Of a DNA stretch of 64,000 nucleotides, positions 1 to 9,145 are shown in pieces. Each line of letters starts with the position of its first letter. Position 1 is the stretch's first letter. The position numbers and the translations under genes are program-made. Where the stretch lies: the NCBI GenBank assembly GCA_964565645.1, contig CAZMFQ010000007.1, positions 1-64,000 of the forward strand. Direction: 5' to 3'. Below the pieces are notes generated by a model that was not told the origin of the DNA, did no database searches, and saw only the letters and a list, made by a program, of their open reading frames with translations. The stretch is from an uncultured Eubacteriales bacterium (GTDB lineage: Bacteria; Actinomycetota; Coriobacteriia; Anaerosomatales; JAHIQC01).

Positions 1-472
1 GCGCGGGCGTGGCCTGCGGGGCCGGCTGCGCGGCCGACGGTTCGGGCGGATACGGCACGACTATCGCCATGACGATGTATGCGATCACGAACGGGCCGTT
101 GGTCAGCAGCACGAGCGCCACGAAGGCGAGCCGCAGCAGCGTCGGGTCGATAGAGAAGTACTCGCCGAGACCGCCGAGGACGCCCGCGAGCATCTTGTTG
201 CCCTTGGACCGGTAGAGTTTCGCCCCGGGGGTCGGCTTGTGAAAGTGGAACCCGTCGCGCGACCCGAACACGACGAACAGAATGCCGAGGACGACGAGCG
301 CCACGCCGGGGGTCCACAGTCGAAGCTCGGCGGCGATCGCGCGCAGCGGTCCAAAGGCGGGGACGATCCGTTCCCATCCGAGGTTCCCTATGAACGAGAG
401 CCCGATAACGAGCAACACGATCCCCACGACAAGCATCCCTGCGCGGCCGGTCCTGTCCTGCTGATCACTCAT
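1..472 (-). CDS. PspC-domain membrane protein; 5' part only, ATG at 472, continues past the window start
   Basis: My translation of the minus strand from 472 gives MSDQQDRTGRAGMLVVGIVLLVIGLSF...KLYRSKGNKMLAGVLGGLGEYFSIDPTLLRLAFVALVLLTNGPFVIAYIVMAIVVP, the PspC-domain signature. AAGGAG RBS lies 6-11 nt upstream (rev-comp of 478-483). Absent from the ORF track because there is no stop in the window. Confidence 0.7.
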   Translation of the reverse strand, partial: MSDQQDRTGRAGMLVVGIVLLVIGLSFIGNLGWERIVPAFGPLRAIAAELRLWTPGVALVVLGILFVVFGSRDGFHFHKPTPGAKLYRSKGNKMLAGVLGGLGEYFSIDPTLLRLAFVALVLLTNGPFVIAYIVMAIVVPYPPEPSAAQPAPQATPA

Positions 473-490
473 GGGTTCTCCTTGGTCGTC

Positions 491-1690
491 TCAGTACAGT
501 TCTATCCGAAAGTCGGAGATGCCGCTCTTGAGCAGCACGGTGTAGCGATCCGACGCATCCCCATAGCCCTCGGTCTGCCAGCCTCCGTCAGCGTCGAGGA
601 GGTCCCGGTCGATGTCCGTGTTCGAGAGGCCCGCGTCGCGTTCGACCCTCACGTCGGTGCCGCGGGGGATCCTCAGAACCAGTTGCGAGATCCCGGCGTC
701 GAACGTGACCGGCACGTCACCGTCAGGGCTGTCGCCGAGCTCGATCGTGGAGTTGGAGACGCCGGTCTTGACCCGCAGTTCCGACAGGGCGAGCCCCGTC
801 AGGTCCGCGTCGAGTTCGCTGACACCCGAGTCGAGCGTGAGGTCCCAGGTCACGTCCTTGTCGAGCTCGACGTCCAACCGCGGGTCGCCGAGTCCGAAGA
901 AGCTGGGACCCTGCTCGGCATTGGTGATCCGGACCTTGGCCCGCGAACCGGTGACCGACACGTCGAACGCGGGCCTGCCCAGGGTGCTCGTACCGCTCGC
1001 GGCCACCAGATCCGTACCATCGGTGACGCTCAGACGCCCCACCGGTCCGGTGATGACCGCCTCGCCCGTGCGGACGTCAGGGTCCGAGGGTTCGGAGTAA
1101 TCGAACGGCTGCGTCTCGATCGATCCTGTCCTCCACCAGCTCCAGGAGGTCGACGTCGATGGCAGAACGAACGCTCCGTACCAGAGCGCGGCGAGCACCA
1201 CGAGGCTGGACAGCACCCGGATCCAGGTCGAGCGAAGACCCTTGCCGATCAGGTCGAGGCCGGCCGATACGAGGAGAACCGGCCAGAGTGAGAGCACCGA
1301 CCACCAGACGCTCCATGGCATCGCGCCGACGGAGTTGGCGATCAGGATCGCGCCGACGCTCACGCCGGTGAACCCTTCGACCACCTTGTTGAGCCGGCTG
1401 TCGTCGGCGGGGTAGGACCAGAACATCCCGCGTATGGAGAACACGATGACGAGGATGCCGGCCAGGCTCGCCGGCCAGAATCCCCAGAAGCTCATGCCGG
1501 GCATCACGCGCCCCATGATGATCCCGATACCGATCACCAGGAGCACGACGCCGAACCAGGCGGCACCACCGCCTCGACCGCGACGGTCACCCGGTCCCGG
1601 AGGTTGCGGGGCCGCAACCCCGGTCGCCGGTGGTGCGGGAGGTGCCGGAGGCGGGGGTGCCTGTACGGCGCCCGCGGGTTCCTCGGACAT
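491..1690 (-). CDS. LiaF-like / DUF4097-type envelope-stress membrane protein: Pro/Ala-rich N-terminus, several TM helices, C-terminal beta-strand repeat domain
   Basis: 399-aa ORF with TM segments followed by a repetitive D/T/V-rich beta region (VTGSRAKVRITNAEQG...VRVERDAGLSNTDIDRD) typical of the LiaF/DUF2154-DUF4097 'putative adhesin' fold. Lies immediately upstream of the PspC-domain gene on the same strand. Confidence 0.55.
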   Translation of the reverse strand: MSEEPAGAVQAPPPPAPPAPPATGVAAPQPPGPGDRRGRGGGAAWFGVVLLVIGIGIIMGRVMPGMSFWGFWPASLAGILVIVFSIRGMFWSYPADDSRLNKVVEGFTGVSVGAILIANSVGAMPWSVWWSVLSLWPVLLVSAGLDLIGKGLRSTWIRVLSSLVVLAALWYGAFVLPSTSTSWSWWRTGSIETQPFDYSEPSDPDVRTGEAVITGPVGRLSVTDGTDLVAASGTSTLGRPAFDVSVTGSRAKVRITNAEQGPSFFGLGDPRLDVELDKDVTWDLTLDSGVSELDADLTGLALSELRVKTGVSNSTIELGDSPDGDVPVTFDAGISQLVLRIPRGTDVRVERDAGLSNTDIDRDLLDADGGWQTEGYGDASDRYTVLLKSGISDFRIELY

Positions 1691-1759
1691 ACTCGCTCCT
1701 CTCCTCGGACATACCGCGCGCCGGACGCCGGACGCCGGCGACCGGTACGCATCGGTCCA

Positions 1760-3058
1760 CTATGACGCGCGCGGCGTCCGCTCGACCCTCAACCGCGCGA
1801 TGCGGCGGCGGCGGACGGCCTCGACCGTGAAGGTGGTGTCGCCCTGGACGAGCGACTCGCCCGAGACGGGTATATGCCCCAACCGCACGAGCACCCATCC
1901 GGCGATCGTCTCGTATTCGTCGCTCTCGTCTACAGGGAGGCCCATCTCCACGGCGTCCTCTATCGGCAAGCGTCCGTCGATGATCCAGCGGTCCTCGCCG
2001 ACCTCGGTCACGAAGCGGCGATCATGATCGAACTCGTCGGCCACCTCACCGATGACCTCCTCGACGATGTCCTCGATCGTGGCGATCCCGGCGGTGCCGC
2101 CGTACTCGTCGACGACGATGGCCATGTGGTTGCGCATCGCCCGCATCTCGCCGAGGAGCGGCAGGATCCCCTTGGTCTCGGGCACGAACACCGGGGGCCG
2201 CGCCCATGCGGCGATGCCCTCGGACAGCCTTCCCTCCGACGCCGGTCCCACGAGGTCTTTGAGCAGCAGCACGCCGACGATCTTGTCGGTGTCCTCGGAG
2301 TAGACGGGGAGGCGCGAGAAGCCGGACTCTCGGAACACCCTGAGCGCGTCGTCGACGCGGGTCGTCTCCTCGATGGCGGCCATATCGACGCGCGGCACCA
2401 TGATCTCGCGGACGACCGTGTCCCCGAGCTCGAATATCTCGTGGATCATGCGCTTCTCTTCTTCGAGCAGGGACCCCTGCTCGGTGACGAGCAGCTTGAT
2501 CTCCTCCTCGGAGACACCCGGCCTGCCCTGGCCCGGCTTCACGCCGAGGAGTCGCGCGACGACGTCGGTCGAGCGCGCGAGGAACCACGCGACCGGTGCG
2601 ACCACGGTGGCGATGAAGTCCACCGGGCGCGCCACCGCCTTGGCCACGACCTCTGCGCGCTGAAGCCCGAGGCGCTTGGGCGCGAGTTCGCCAAAGACCA
2701 ACGTGACGTAGGAGATGACGACCGTGACGATGAACACCGAACCGCCGGCGGCCACACTCGCGAGCCAGGGATTGCCGAGCGACTCGAGCCAGCCTTGGAG
2801 CGGCTTGGCGAGCGAGACCGCGGCAGTGGCGGAGGCCATGAACCCGACGAGCGTGATGCCGATCTGGATCGTGGCGAGCAGGCGTGACGGGTCCTCTGTG
2901 AGTGCGATAGCGGCCTTGGCGCCCGCGGAACCCTCCTCGGCGGAGTGTTTGAGCGCGGCGCGGCGCGCGGATATGAGCGCTATCTCGGCCGCGGCGAAGT
3001 AGCCGTTGACCACGATGAGCACGAACACGAGCACCATCTCGAACAGATAATCTCCCAT
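1760..3058 (-). CDS. CNNM/CorC-HlyC family transporter (DUF21 TM domain + CBS pair + CorC_HlyC)
   Basis: Motifs GYFAAAEIALIS, ELAPKR, a CBS pair and the C-terminal CorC/HlyC region. Start trimmed to MGDYLFEM at 3058; the track ORF extends to 3169. Confidence 0.85.
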   Translation of the reverse strand: MGDYLFEMVLVFVLIVVNGYFAAAEIALISARRAALKHSAEEGSAGAKAAIALTEDPSRLLATIQIGITLVGFMASATAAVSLAKPLQGWLESLGNPWLASVAAGGSVFIVTVVISYVTLVFGELAPKRLGLQRAEVVAKAVARPVDFIATVVAPVAWFLARSTDVVARLLGVKPGQGRPGVSEEEIKLLVTEQGSLLEEEKRMIHEIFELGDTVVREIMVPRVDMAAIEETTRVDDALRVFRESGFSRLPVYSEDTDKIVGVLLLKDLVGPASEGRLSEGIAAWARPPVFVPETKGILPLLGEMRAMRNHMAIVVDEYGGTAGIATIEDIVEEVIGEVADEFDHDRRFVTEVGEDRWIIDGRLPIEDAVEMGLPVDESDEYETIAGWVLVRLGHIPVSGESLVQGDTTFTVEAVRRRRIARLRVERTPRAS

Positions 3059-3158
3059 ACGCACAGGGTACCCCACGCGGCATGGGATTGAAGCGATTGC
3101 TCCCAAACGCCGATTATCAGAGAATCGGGTCGCGTGCAGTTGGGCCCGCCATCCTGTT

Positions 3159-5150
3159 ATGGAGTCCACAGTGCCGGATGTGAACGACCGTCAGGAGCTC
3201 GAGGCCGTTGTCCGCGGGATAGCCTCCGCCGGCAAGGCGCTCAAGCTCTACCCGCCGACGAGCCCGATCCCGAGGCAGTCGGTCGATGCCGCGACCGCGG
3301 CGCTCGACACGTTCCTCGGCACGCATCCCGTGCTCTCGCTCTCGGTGGCCCGCGACGGCTTCGGCTGGTGCGGCCAGGAGCTCGGGGCCGGCATGATCGG
3401 CGTGGGCGATCTCGCCGACGCCCTACGCGACCACGGCGTCGCCGAGATCGATTTCCTCCCCGGCGCGAGCGCCGAGGACCTCATGGCCTTCATCGACGTG
3501 ATCACGAGAGACCCCGACGAGGTCCGCGCGGCAGGCGGCTTCGCCGCCCTGCTCGCAGCCTCTGGAGTCGACAACGTCCGCGCGGCCGACGTGCAGCTCA
3601 CGGTGGTCGACGCGGCATTCGCGCCCGAGAGCGGAGAGACCGACGAGTTCCTTCAGGAGTTGGCCAACGACCCCGATCGCCTCACCGGATGGATGAACGC
3701 CGCCGCCGCAGGCGACCCCGCCGCGTTCAGCGAGGGCCTCAACGAGCTCGCGGCCAACGCCGGAGACGAGGGTATGTCCCAACTGCTCGACACGCTGGCC
3801 GCTGCGTTCATGCGCCAGCCGACCGAGACACGCGACGTCATGCTCGGGCTCGCGATGGAGGGCGGATCGCTGCACGGGCTCGCGGGCGGCATGTTCGGAC
3901 GTCTCGCCGATGAGGACATCGCAGGCACGCTCACGGACGGTGTCTTCGGGTCCAACATGCTCTCGCTTTCGAGTGCGCTGACGGGCCTGCCTCTCGAATC
4001 CCGGATCGACCAGGTCAAGGCCCGCGTCCAGGCCATGCTCAAGCACGAGGGCCACGCCGACAAGGAGCTCGGCTTCCTCGACCATATGGTGGAGGTACGC
4101 CGCCGCGCCGAGCCCGAGCCCGCTCTCGTGGACGCCGACCAGCTCTACCGCAAGGTCGCGCTGGCCGCCGCGATGCCCGCCGAGGAGATCGACCGCCTCC
4201 GCATGGAGACCACCGGATCGCGCGGCGCGGCCAACCGCGCCGGTGTCGCGACGATGCTCGCCCTTCTCGACCAGCAGCGCGATTTCGAGCTGTACTGCCG
4301 GGGACTCGACGGTCTCGCCGCGATGGTGCCGAGACTCATCGAATCGGGCGAACTGGATGTGGCGCACACCGTCCTGAGCGAACTGACCGTGCGCGAATCG
4401 CGCGCGGTGCAACCCTGGCCCGAGCTCACGGGCCGCCTCCGCGCGGCCATCTCGACCGCGGTCTCGCCGCAGGCCATGGCCGCGCTCATCCGCGCGGTCA
4501 CGGCGGACCCGAGCACGCTGAGCGCGGCGCGCGAGATCACCCGCGTCGCCGGCGATGCCGCCGGTCCGGCCATCATCGAAGAGGCTATGGCCCACAAGGG
4601 CGAGGGCCTCAAAGCTGCCGAGGAGCTCCTCGGCAGGCGCGTCATCGACCTGCTCGCATCCCAGCTCGGGCACGCCCAGTGGTTCCAGCTCGCGCCAGCC
4701 GTCGCGCGGCTCGCGCTTGAGAGCGACCCGCGTGCGCAAGCCGCCATCGCGGCTGCGGCGCGCCGTCCCGACGAGCAGTCCCGCCGTGAGGTGGCCAACG
4801 GGTTGGCGATGGCCGAGTCGGCCGGAGCGCTGCAGTTGCTCGGCGAGATGACGGCCGACCCCAGCCCCGAGGTCGCGATCTCGGCGGTCCGGGCACTCGG
4901 CAAGGCGGCGACACCCGGCGCGGCACAGATCCTCGCGTCGCGGTTCGAGGCGCTCGACGCCGACAACAAGGACTTCCTGCTCGCACGCGAGATCATCGGC
5001 GCGCTCTCCCGAACGACCGACCCCGGCGCCGACGCCGCGCTCGCGCACATCGCGGCGCGCAAGGCCATCATCAAGCGCGGACACTTCGCGGAGATCGGGG
5101 ACCTGGCCCGCCAGGCCATAGCCGTCCGAGGACGGGGGACGAGCCGATGA
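3159..5150 (+). CDS. Soluble 663-aa protein: N-terminal domain shared with the downstream HD-GYP protein, C-terminal HEAT-like repeats
   Basis: N-terminus KALKLYPPTSPIPRQSVDAATAALDTF...GVAEIDFLPGASAEDLMAFIDVI parallels the N-terminus of the next ORF. C-terminus has PBS-lyase/HEAT-like repeats (PEVAISAVRALGKAATPGAAQIL...). Overlaps the next gene by 4 bp (ATGA). Confidence 0.6.
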   Translation: MESTVPDVNDRQELEAVVRGIASAGKALKLYPPTSPIPRQSVDAATAALDTFLGTHPVLSLSVARDGFGWCGQELGAGMIGVGDLADALRDHGVAEIDFLPGASAEDLMAFIDVITRDPDEVRAAGGFAALLAASGVDNVRAADVQLTVVDAAFAPESGETDEFLQELANDPDRLTGWMNAAAAGDPAAFSEGLNELAANAGDEGMSQLLDTLAAAFMRQPTETRDVMLGLAMEGGSLHGLAGGMFGRLADEDIAGTLTDGVFGSNMLSLSSALTGLPLESRIDQVKARVQAMLKHEGHADKELGFLDHMVEVRRRAEPEPALVDADQLYRKVALAAAMPAEEIDRLRMETTGSRGAANRAGVATMLALLDQQRDFELYCRGLDGLAAMVPRLIESGELDVAHTVLSELTVRESRAVQPWPELTGRLRAAISTAVSPQAMAALIRAVTADPSTLSAAREITRVAGDAAGPAIIEEAMAHKGEGLKAAEELLGRRVIDLLASQLGHAQWFQLAPAVARLALESDPRAQAAIAAAARRPDEQSRREVANGLAMAESAGALQLLGEMTADPSPEVAISAVRALGKAATPGAAQILASRFEALDADNKDFLLAREIIGALSRTTDPGADAALAHIAARKAIIKRGHFAEIGDLARQAIAVRGRGTSR

Positions 5151-6469
5151 GCGCCGTCACCGTCGTATCCGCGCTCGCAGCCGGCCGCAAGGCCTCGCAG
5201 CTGTATCCCCCGCAACACCCCGCGTTCATAGAGGCGATGGACGGCCTTGTCGCGGCGATCGGCGAGAGCTGCGCGTGCGAGCCCGCCGGAGCGTTCACCC
5301 TCAACCTCCACCAGGGCAGGCTGTACCACGAGAGCGTCGTCCTCCCCGACGAGACCCCCGGCGTCACGGCCATGGCCGAGGCGTTCGAGACCCGTCGGAT
5401 CGAAAGCCTGACCCTGCACTCCCAGATCGCCACCAAGGACGTCATCGGGCTCGTCGAGGTCCTGGGCCTGAAGCCCTCACCCGATCTCGACGTGAAAGCG
5501 GAACTGGACAGCCGAGGAGTCGCGGGGGTGACCCTGTCGATCATCGTGGACGAGGGCGATGCCGAGTGGGAGGAGCGCGACCGCGTCCGCGAGCAGGACC
5601 GTGCGCTGTACCACCGGCTCGTGTCGACGCTCAACCAGATGTCGGCACAGGTCGTGGCCGGGGACTTCCGCCAGATATCCAAGGCGGACTCGCTGGTGGG
5701 TGAGATCGTCGGGCGCCTCATGCAGGATGAAGCTGCCGTTCTTGGACTGGCGACCCTGCGCAGCGCGACCGAGGCCGAGGCCTACCACGCGGTCAACGTG
5801 ATGATCTACTCGCTCACCCTCGGCGCCGAGCTGGGCCTGCCGGCCGAGGGGCTGTCATCCCTGGGCACCAGCGCCCTCACCCACGACATCGGCAAGGCGG
5901 CTTTCGAGCACGACGACCCGTCCCAGGCCGAAGCCATGCGTACCATGCACTCTCAGGCCGGCGCGGACATCCTCTCGGGCCTCTCGCCCGAGGACCCGAC
6001 CCCGATGCTCGTGGCGTACGAACACCACATGCATGTCGACGGCACCGGCCACCCCGAACGTGCGGCCGACTACGTGGGCCATCCGTTCAGCCGTATGGTG
6101 GCCATCGCCGACCGCTACGCGAATCTGACCGCAGGCACGGGCGGCTTCGAGGCGCTCACACCCGACAAGGCGATCATCCAGATCCTGCGTGAGGCGGGAA
6201 GCATGCTCGATCCTCTGTTCGCCAGGCTCTTCGCCAAGGCCCTGGGTGTGTTCCCGGTGGGCTGCCTCGTGAGGCTCTCCGACAACTCGGTGGGCGTCGT
6301 CTGCGGCGCCGGTCTCGACCCGCTCACTCCGTGCGTGCGGGTCACCTGGGACACAGGCGGCATGGCCGTCGAGAAGCCCGAGCAGGTGGAACTGGCGACC
6401 GATGGTCGCACGATCATCGAAGTGGTCGATCCCGAGAGCCTCAACACACAGATCGCCGATCACCTCTGA
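5147..6469 (+). CDS. HD-GYP-type phosphodiesterase-like protein with a variant GYP motif (GHP)
   Basis: HDIGK motif plus YEHHMHVDGTGHP (canonical HHExxDGxGYP); N-terminal roughly 170-aa domain paralogous to the upstream ORF. Confidence 0.75.
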   Translation: MSAVTVVSALAAGRKASQLYPPQHPAFIEAMDGLVAAIGESCACEPAGAFTLNLHQGRLYHESVVLPDETPGVTAMAEAFETRRIESLTLHSQIATKDVIGLVEVLGLKPSPDLDVKAELDSRGVAGVTLSIIVDEGDAEWEERDRVREQDRALYHRLVSTLNQMSAQVVAGDFRQISKADSLVGEIVGRLMQDEAAVLGLATLRSATEAEAYHAVNVMIYSLTLGAELGLPAEGLSSLGTSALTHDIGKAAFEHDDPSQAEAMRTMHSQAGADILSGLSPEDPTPMLVAYEHHMHVDGTGHPERAADYVGHPFSRMVAIADRYANLTAGTGGFEALTPDKAIIQILREAGSMLDPLFARLFAKALGVFPVGCLVRLSDNSVGVVCGAGLDPLTPCVRVTWDTGGMAVEKPEQVELATDGRTIIEVVDPESLNTQIADHL

Positions 6470-6521
6470 GGGTGAGGCACACCTGCACCCAGGCGATGGC
6501 GAGCCCGGACCTGTCGCGCGA

Positions 6522-6878
6522 TCAGACCGGCGGTTGCGGGTTGATCTTGTGCAGCACCAGAGCGATGAGGGCGAGCCTGCGCCCCCTGTCCTGGCAGGCC
6601 TCCACGAAGCCGGCGATGGTCTCGCGCAGCTCGGGCGTCGGCCTGTAACGGATCAGACCGCCCGCGCACTGGAGGATCCTGCCCGCGCACAGCGCTTCGA
6701 TCTCGGGTTCCAGCTCTTCGGCGCGCCTACCCAGCCGTGAGGCCAGGCCGGCGGTGTCGAGGACGGCGTCGGGGTTGCGCTGGAAGAACACGAGGATATC
6801 CCACGTCAGCAAGGACCTGACGTGTCTCTCGACGAACTGCATGATGGAGGGTCCGAGAACCCCCTCGAGATCGTACAC
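6522..6878 (-). CDS. Small hypothetical protein, possibly a winged-helix regulator
   Basis: 118-aa ORF with an HTH-like stretch LTWDILVFFQRNPDAVLDTAGLASRLGRRAEELEPEIEALCAGRIL; no strong family call. Confidence 0.35.
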   Translation of the reverse strand: MYDLEGVLGPSIMQFVERHVRSLLTWDILVFFQRNPDAVLDTAGLASRLGRRAEELEPEIEALCAGRILQCAGGLIRYRPTPELRETIAGFVEACQDRGRRLALIALVLHKINPQPPV

Positions 6879-7186
6879 CCCAGCCGTCCCCTGTCAGTGT
6901 GATCATGACCGTGCCCCGCGAACCATGGCGCGCGAAATCATGGCGACCGTATACAACCCGCTGATTCTATCGGCACGAATCGCATGTCGAGTTTAACCTA
7001 AGGAAGTTCACATGTAATGTGGCGCGGTCGAACGGACTTCCGCAGGGTGTGAATGGTATGGCACCGAGACGAACGGTACGCCGAACGGCGCGGCTCCCGG
7101 AGGCCGACTGCGGGGCGGATGCGCCGATGCACGCCATCGTGTAGGGTTTGTGCGGTACTACAGACTCAGTTGAGAGAGGTGGGCAC

Positions 7187-7615
7187 ATGCCCTTGAACGA
7201 AGGAACCACCGTACGCGTCCACTATCGGGGGACCCTCGAGGACGGCGTCGAGTTCGATTCCAGCGAAGGCCGCGACCCGCTCGAGTTCACGCTCGGCGCA
7301 AGCCAGGTCATCCCCGGCTTCGAAGACGCCGTCATCGGCCTGGAGCCCGGCGAGTCAGTCACGGTGACCATCGACGCCGACAACGCCTACGGCCCGCACC
7401 TCGAAGAGGCGATCCAGAGTGTCCCCGTGAGCGCCTTCTGGGAGCCGCCCGCGCCCGGCATGGTCGTCCAGCTCGTCGCCCCCGACGGCACGCAGCTCGC
7501 CGCGACCGTGATGGATGTCGGCGAGGAAGAGGCACGGCTGGACTTCAACCACCCGCTCGCGGGACAAGCGCTGACCTTCGAGATCACCCTCGTCGAGGTC
7601 ATCGGCGCCAACTGA
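7187..7615 (+). CDS. FKBP-type peptidyl-prolyl cis-trans isomerase (SlyD/FkpB-like)
   Basis: VRVHYRGTLEDGVEFDSS...PLEFTLGASQVIPGFEDAVIGLEPGE is an FKBP fold with an insert-in-flap domain; GAGAGGTGG RBS precedes the ATG at 7187. Confidence 0.8.
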   Translation: MPLNEGTTVRVHYRGTLEDGVEFDSSEGRDPLEFTLGASQVIPGFEDAVIGLEPGESVTVTIDADNAYGPHLEEAIQSVPVSAFWEPPAPGMVVQLVAPDGTQLAATVMDVGEEEARLDFNHPLAGQALTFEITLVEVIGAN

Positions 7616-7642
7616 TCGAACGCTCAGGGCGGGTTCGCCGGA

Positions 7643-8338
7643 TCAGGCGTAGCCGGCGAACCGCTCGATCATCCGCTCCTCGGCAGGTATCGCGAGTTCG
7701 TCGAGGACGCGTTCCATGGCCCCCACCATCACCGGGGGGCCGGCGACGATCCACAGAGCGGGCGCCGAGAGCGCCCCATGCCGCCTCACGAGTTCCGCGG
7801 TGATGAACCCGCGCTCGCCTTGCCATCCATCGGACGGGTGCTCCAGCACGTGGACGATGCGCACGCCGCTGGTTTCCATCGCCTCGAACTCCGCGCGGTA
7901 CGGGATGCACTCGTCGTCACGGTTCCCGAAGAACACGAACGCCTGCAGCGGAAGCCCCGTCTGCACGGCGTGTCGCAGGATGCTTCTGGCCGGCGTTATC
8001 CCCACCCCGCCCACAAGGAACACGAGCCTGCTCGCACCCGACGGAACCAGGAGCCTTCCCGAAGGCTTCGACACGCGGATCGGGTCCCCCGGGACGAGCG
8101 CGTCGAGCGCCTGCTTGAACGCCGAGTCGCTGATCCGCGTGGTGAACTCCAGGTAGTCGTCCAGCGGCGCTGACGCGATCGTGAACGGCTTTCCCACAGG
8201 ACCGTCGGGGGTCTGTACCGTGACCACCGCGTACTGCCCCGGCACGAAGTCGTAGGCGGTCGGGCGCGAGAAGCGTAACGCCACCGCCTCCTCACCCCAG
8301 TCGGTGCGGGCCTGCATCCGTGCCTCGAAGGTCTCCAT
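7643..8338 (-). CDS. FAD/NAD(P)-binding oxidoreductase, ferredoxin-NADP reductase-like
   Basis: FNR-like two-domain pattern: RxYS-like FAD site (KPFTIASAP), GGVGITP NAD-binding loop, no TM segments. Confidence 0.7.
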   Translation of the reverse strand: METFEARMQARTDWGEEAVALRFSRPTAYDFVPGQYAVVTVQTPDGPVGKPFTIASAPLDDYLEFTTRISDSAFKQALDALVPGDPIRVSKPSGRLLVPSGASRLVFLVGGVGITPARSILRHAVQTGLPLQAFVFFGNRDDECIPYRAEFEAMETSGVRIVHVLEHPSDGWQGERGFITAELVRRHGALSAPALWIVAGPPVMVGAMERVLDELAIPAEERMIERFAGYA

Positions 8339-8401
8339 CTGAGTCTCCGTCCGTCGGCTGGGAACATACCCGTAACCGACGCTTATGAAAGGCGCGCTCA
8401 G

Positions 8402-9091
8402 ATGAACCTCGGCAGATTCGGGTCCGCATGTGTCGTACTGGTCGTCGCAACCCTCGTGTCGGGCGCCGCAGGCTGCTCGGCGCTGCGCGGCGACGGAGGC
8501 TCGAGCGGCGGTTCCTCGGCGGTCAAGGAACTCGAACGCTCGCAGATCCGCGAGTACGAGGGCAAGGACCTCTCGTCGATCACGGAGTTCCGGGAGAACT
8601 CCATCAAGGGTCCGCAGAAGGTCGACCGGGCGGCATACCGGCTCAGCGTCGAAGGGCTCGTCGCCACGCCCCTCGAGATGACGTACGACCAGGTGCTCGC
8701 CGATTTCGCGCCCTACAAGAAGGTCGTGACGCTCAACTGCGTCGAAGGCTGGAGCGTGGACATCCTGTGGGAGGGCGTGAAGCTGGCCGACCTGCTCGAC
8801 GCCGCCGGAGCGGATCCCGACGCCCGGGTGATCATCTTCCGTTCGGTCGACGGCTACTCGACCTCACTGCCCGCCGCGTACATACGCGATAACGACATCC
8901 TGCTCGCCTACAAGATGAACGGCGTCGAACTGCCCCCCGAACGCGGCTTCCCGTTCCAGCTGGTGGCCGAGGAGAAGTGGGGATACAAGTGGGCCAAGTG
9001 GATCGAGACGATCAAGGTGAGCGACGACACGTCGTTTGAGGGCTACTGGGAGAGCCGCGGGTACAGCAACACGGGCGACCTCGAGGAGTAG
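8402..9091 (+). CDS. Sulfite-oxidase-family molybdopterin oxidoreductase (MsrP/YedY-like), predicted lipoprotein
   Basis: Signal peptide with lipobox AAGC; Mo-cofactor domain motifs TLNCVEGWS...YKMNGVELPPERGFPFQLV...KWAKWIETIKV. Confidence 0.75.
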   Translation: MNLGRFGSACVVLVVATLVSGAAGCSALRGDGGSSGGSSAVKELERSQIREYEGKDLSSITEFRENSIKGPQKVDRAAYRLSVEGLVATPLEMTYDQVLADFAPYKKVVTLNCVEGWSVDILWEGVKLADLLDAAGADPDARVIIFRSVDGYSTSLPAAYIRDNDILLAYKMNGVELPPERGFPFQLVAEEKWGYKWAKWIETIKVSDDTSFEGYWESRGYSNTGDLEE

Positions 9092-9145
9092 CCTCGGCGG
9101 CCGATGCGGCGAGCGCGCCACGCGCGGGACCGCGAGACGCCGCGG

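Noticed and set aside
239-1291. 350-aa plus-strand ORF
   Set aside because: Entirely antisense to the PspC and LiaF-like genes; low-complexity R/D/G/E-rich translation typical of high-GC antisense frames.
3423-5084. 553-aa minus-strand ORF, plus 4145..5419 (424 aa)
   Set aside because: Antisense to the HEAT-repeat and HD-GYP genes; Arg/Gly/Ala-rich with no domain features, whereas the sense frames show clear motifs.
7627-7672. Hairpin overlapping the 3' end of the FNR-like gene
   Set aside because: Imperfect stem (one-base bulge) and it overlaps coding sequence; at best a weak bidirectional terminator.
8345-8395. Inverted repeat CGTCGG-N18-CCGACG between the FNR-like and MsrP-like genes
   Set aside because: Only a 6-bp stem with a long loop; common by chance at this GC content.
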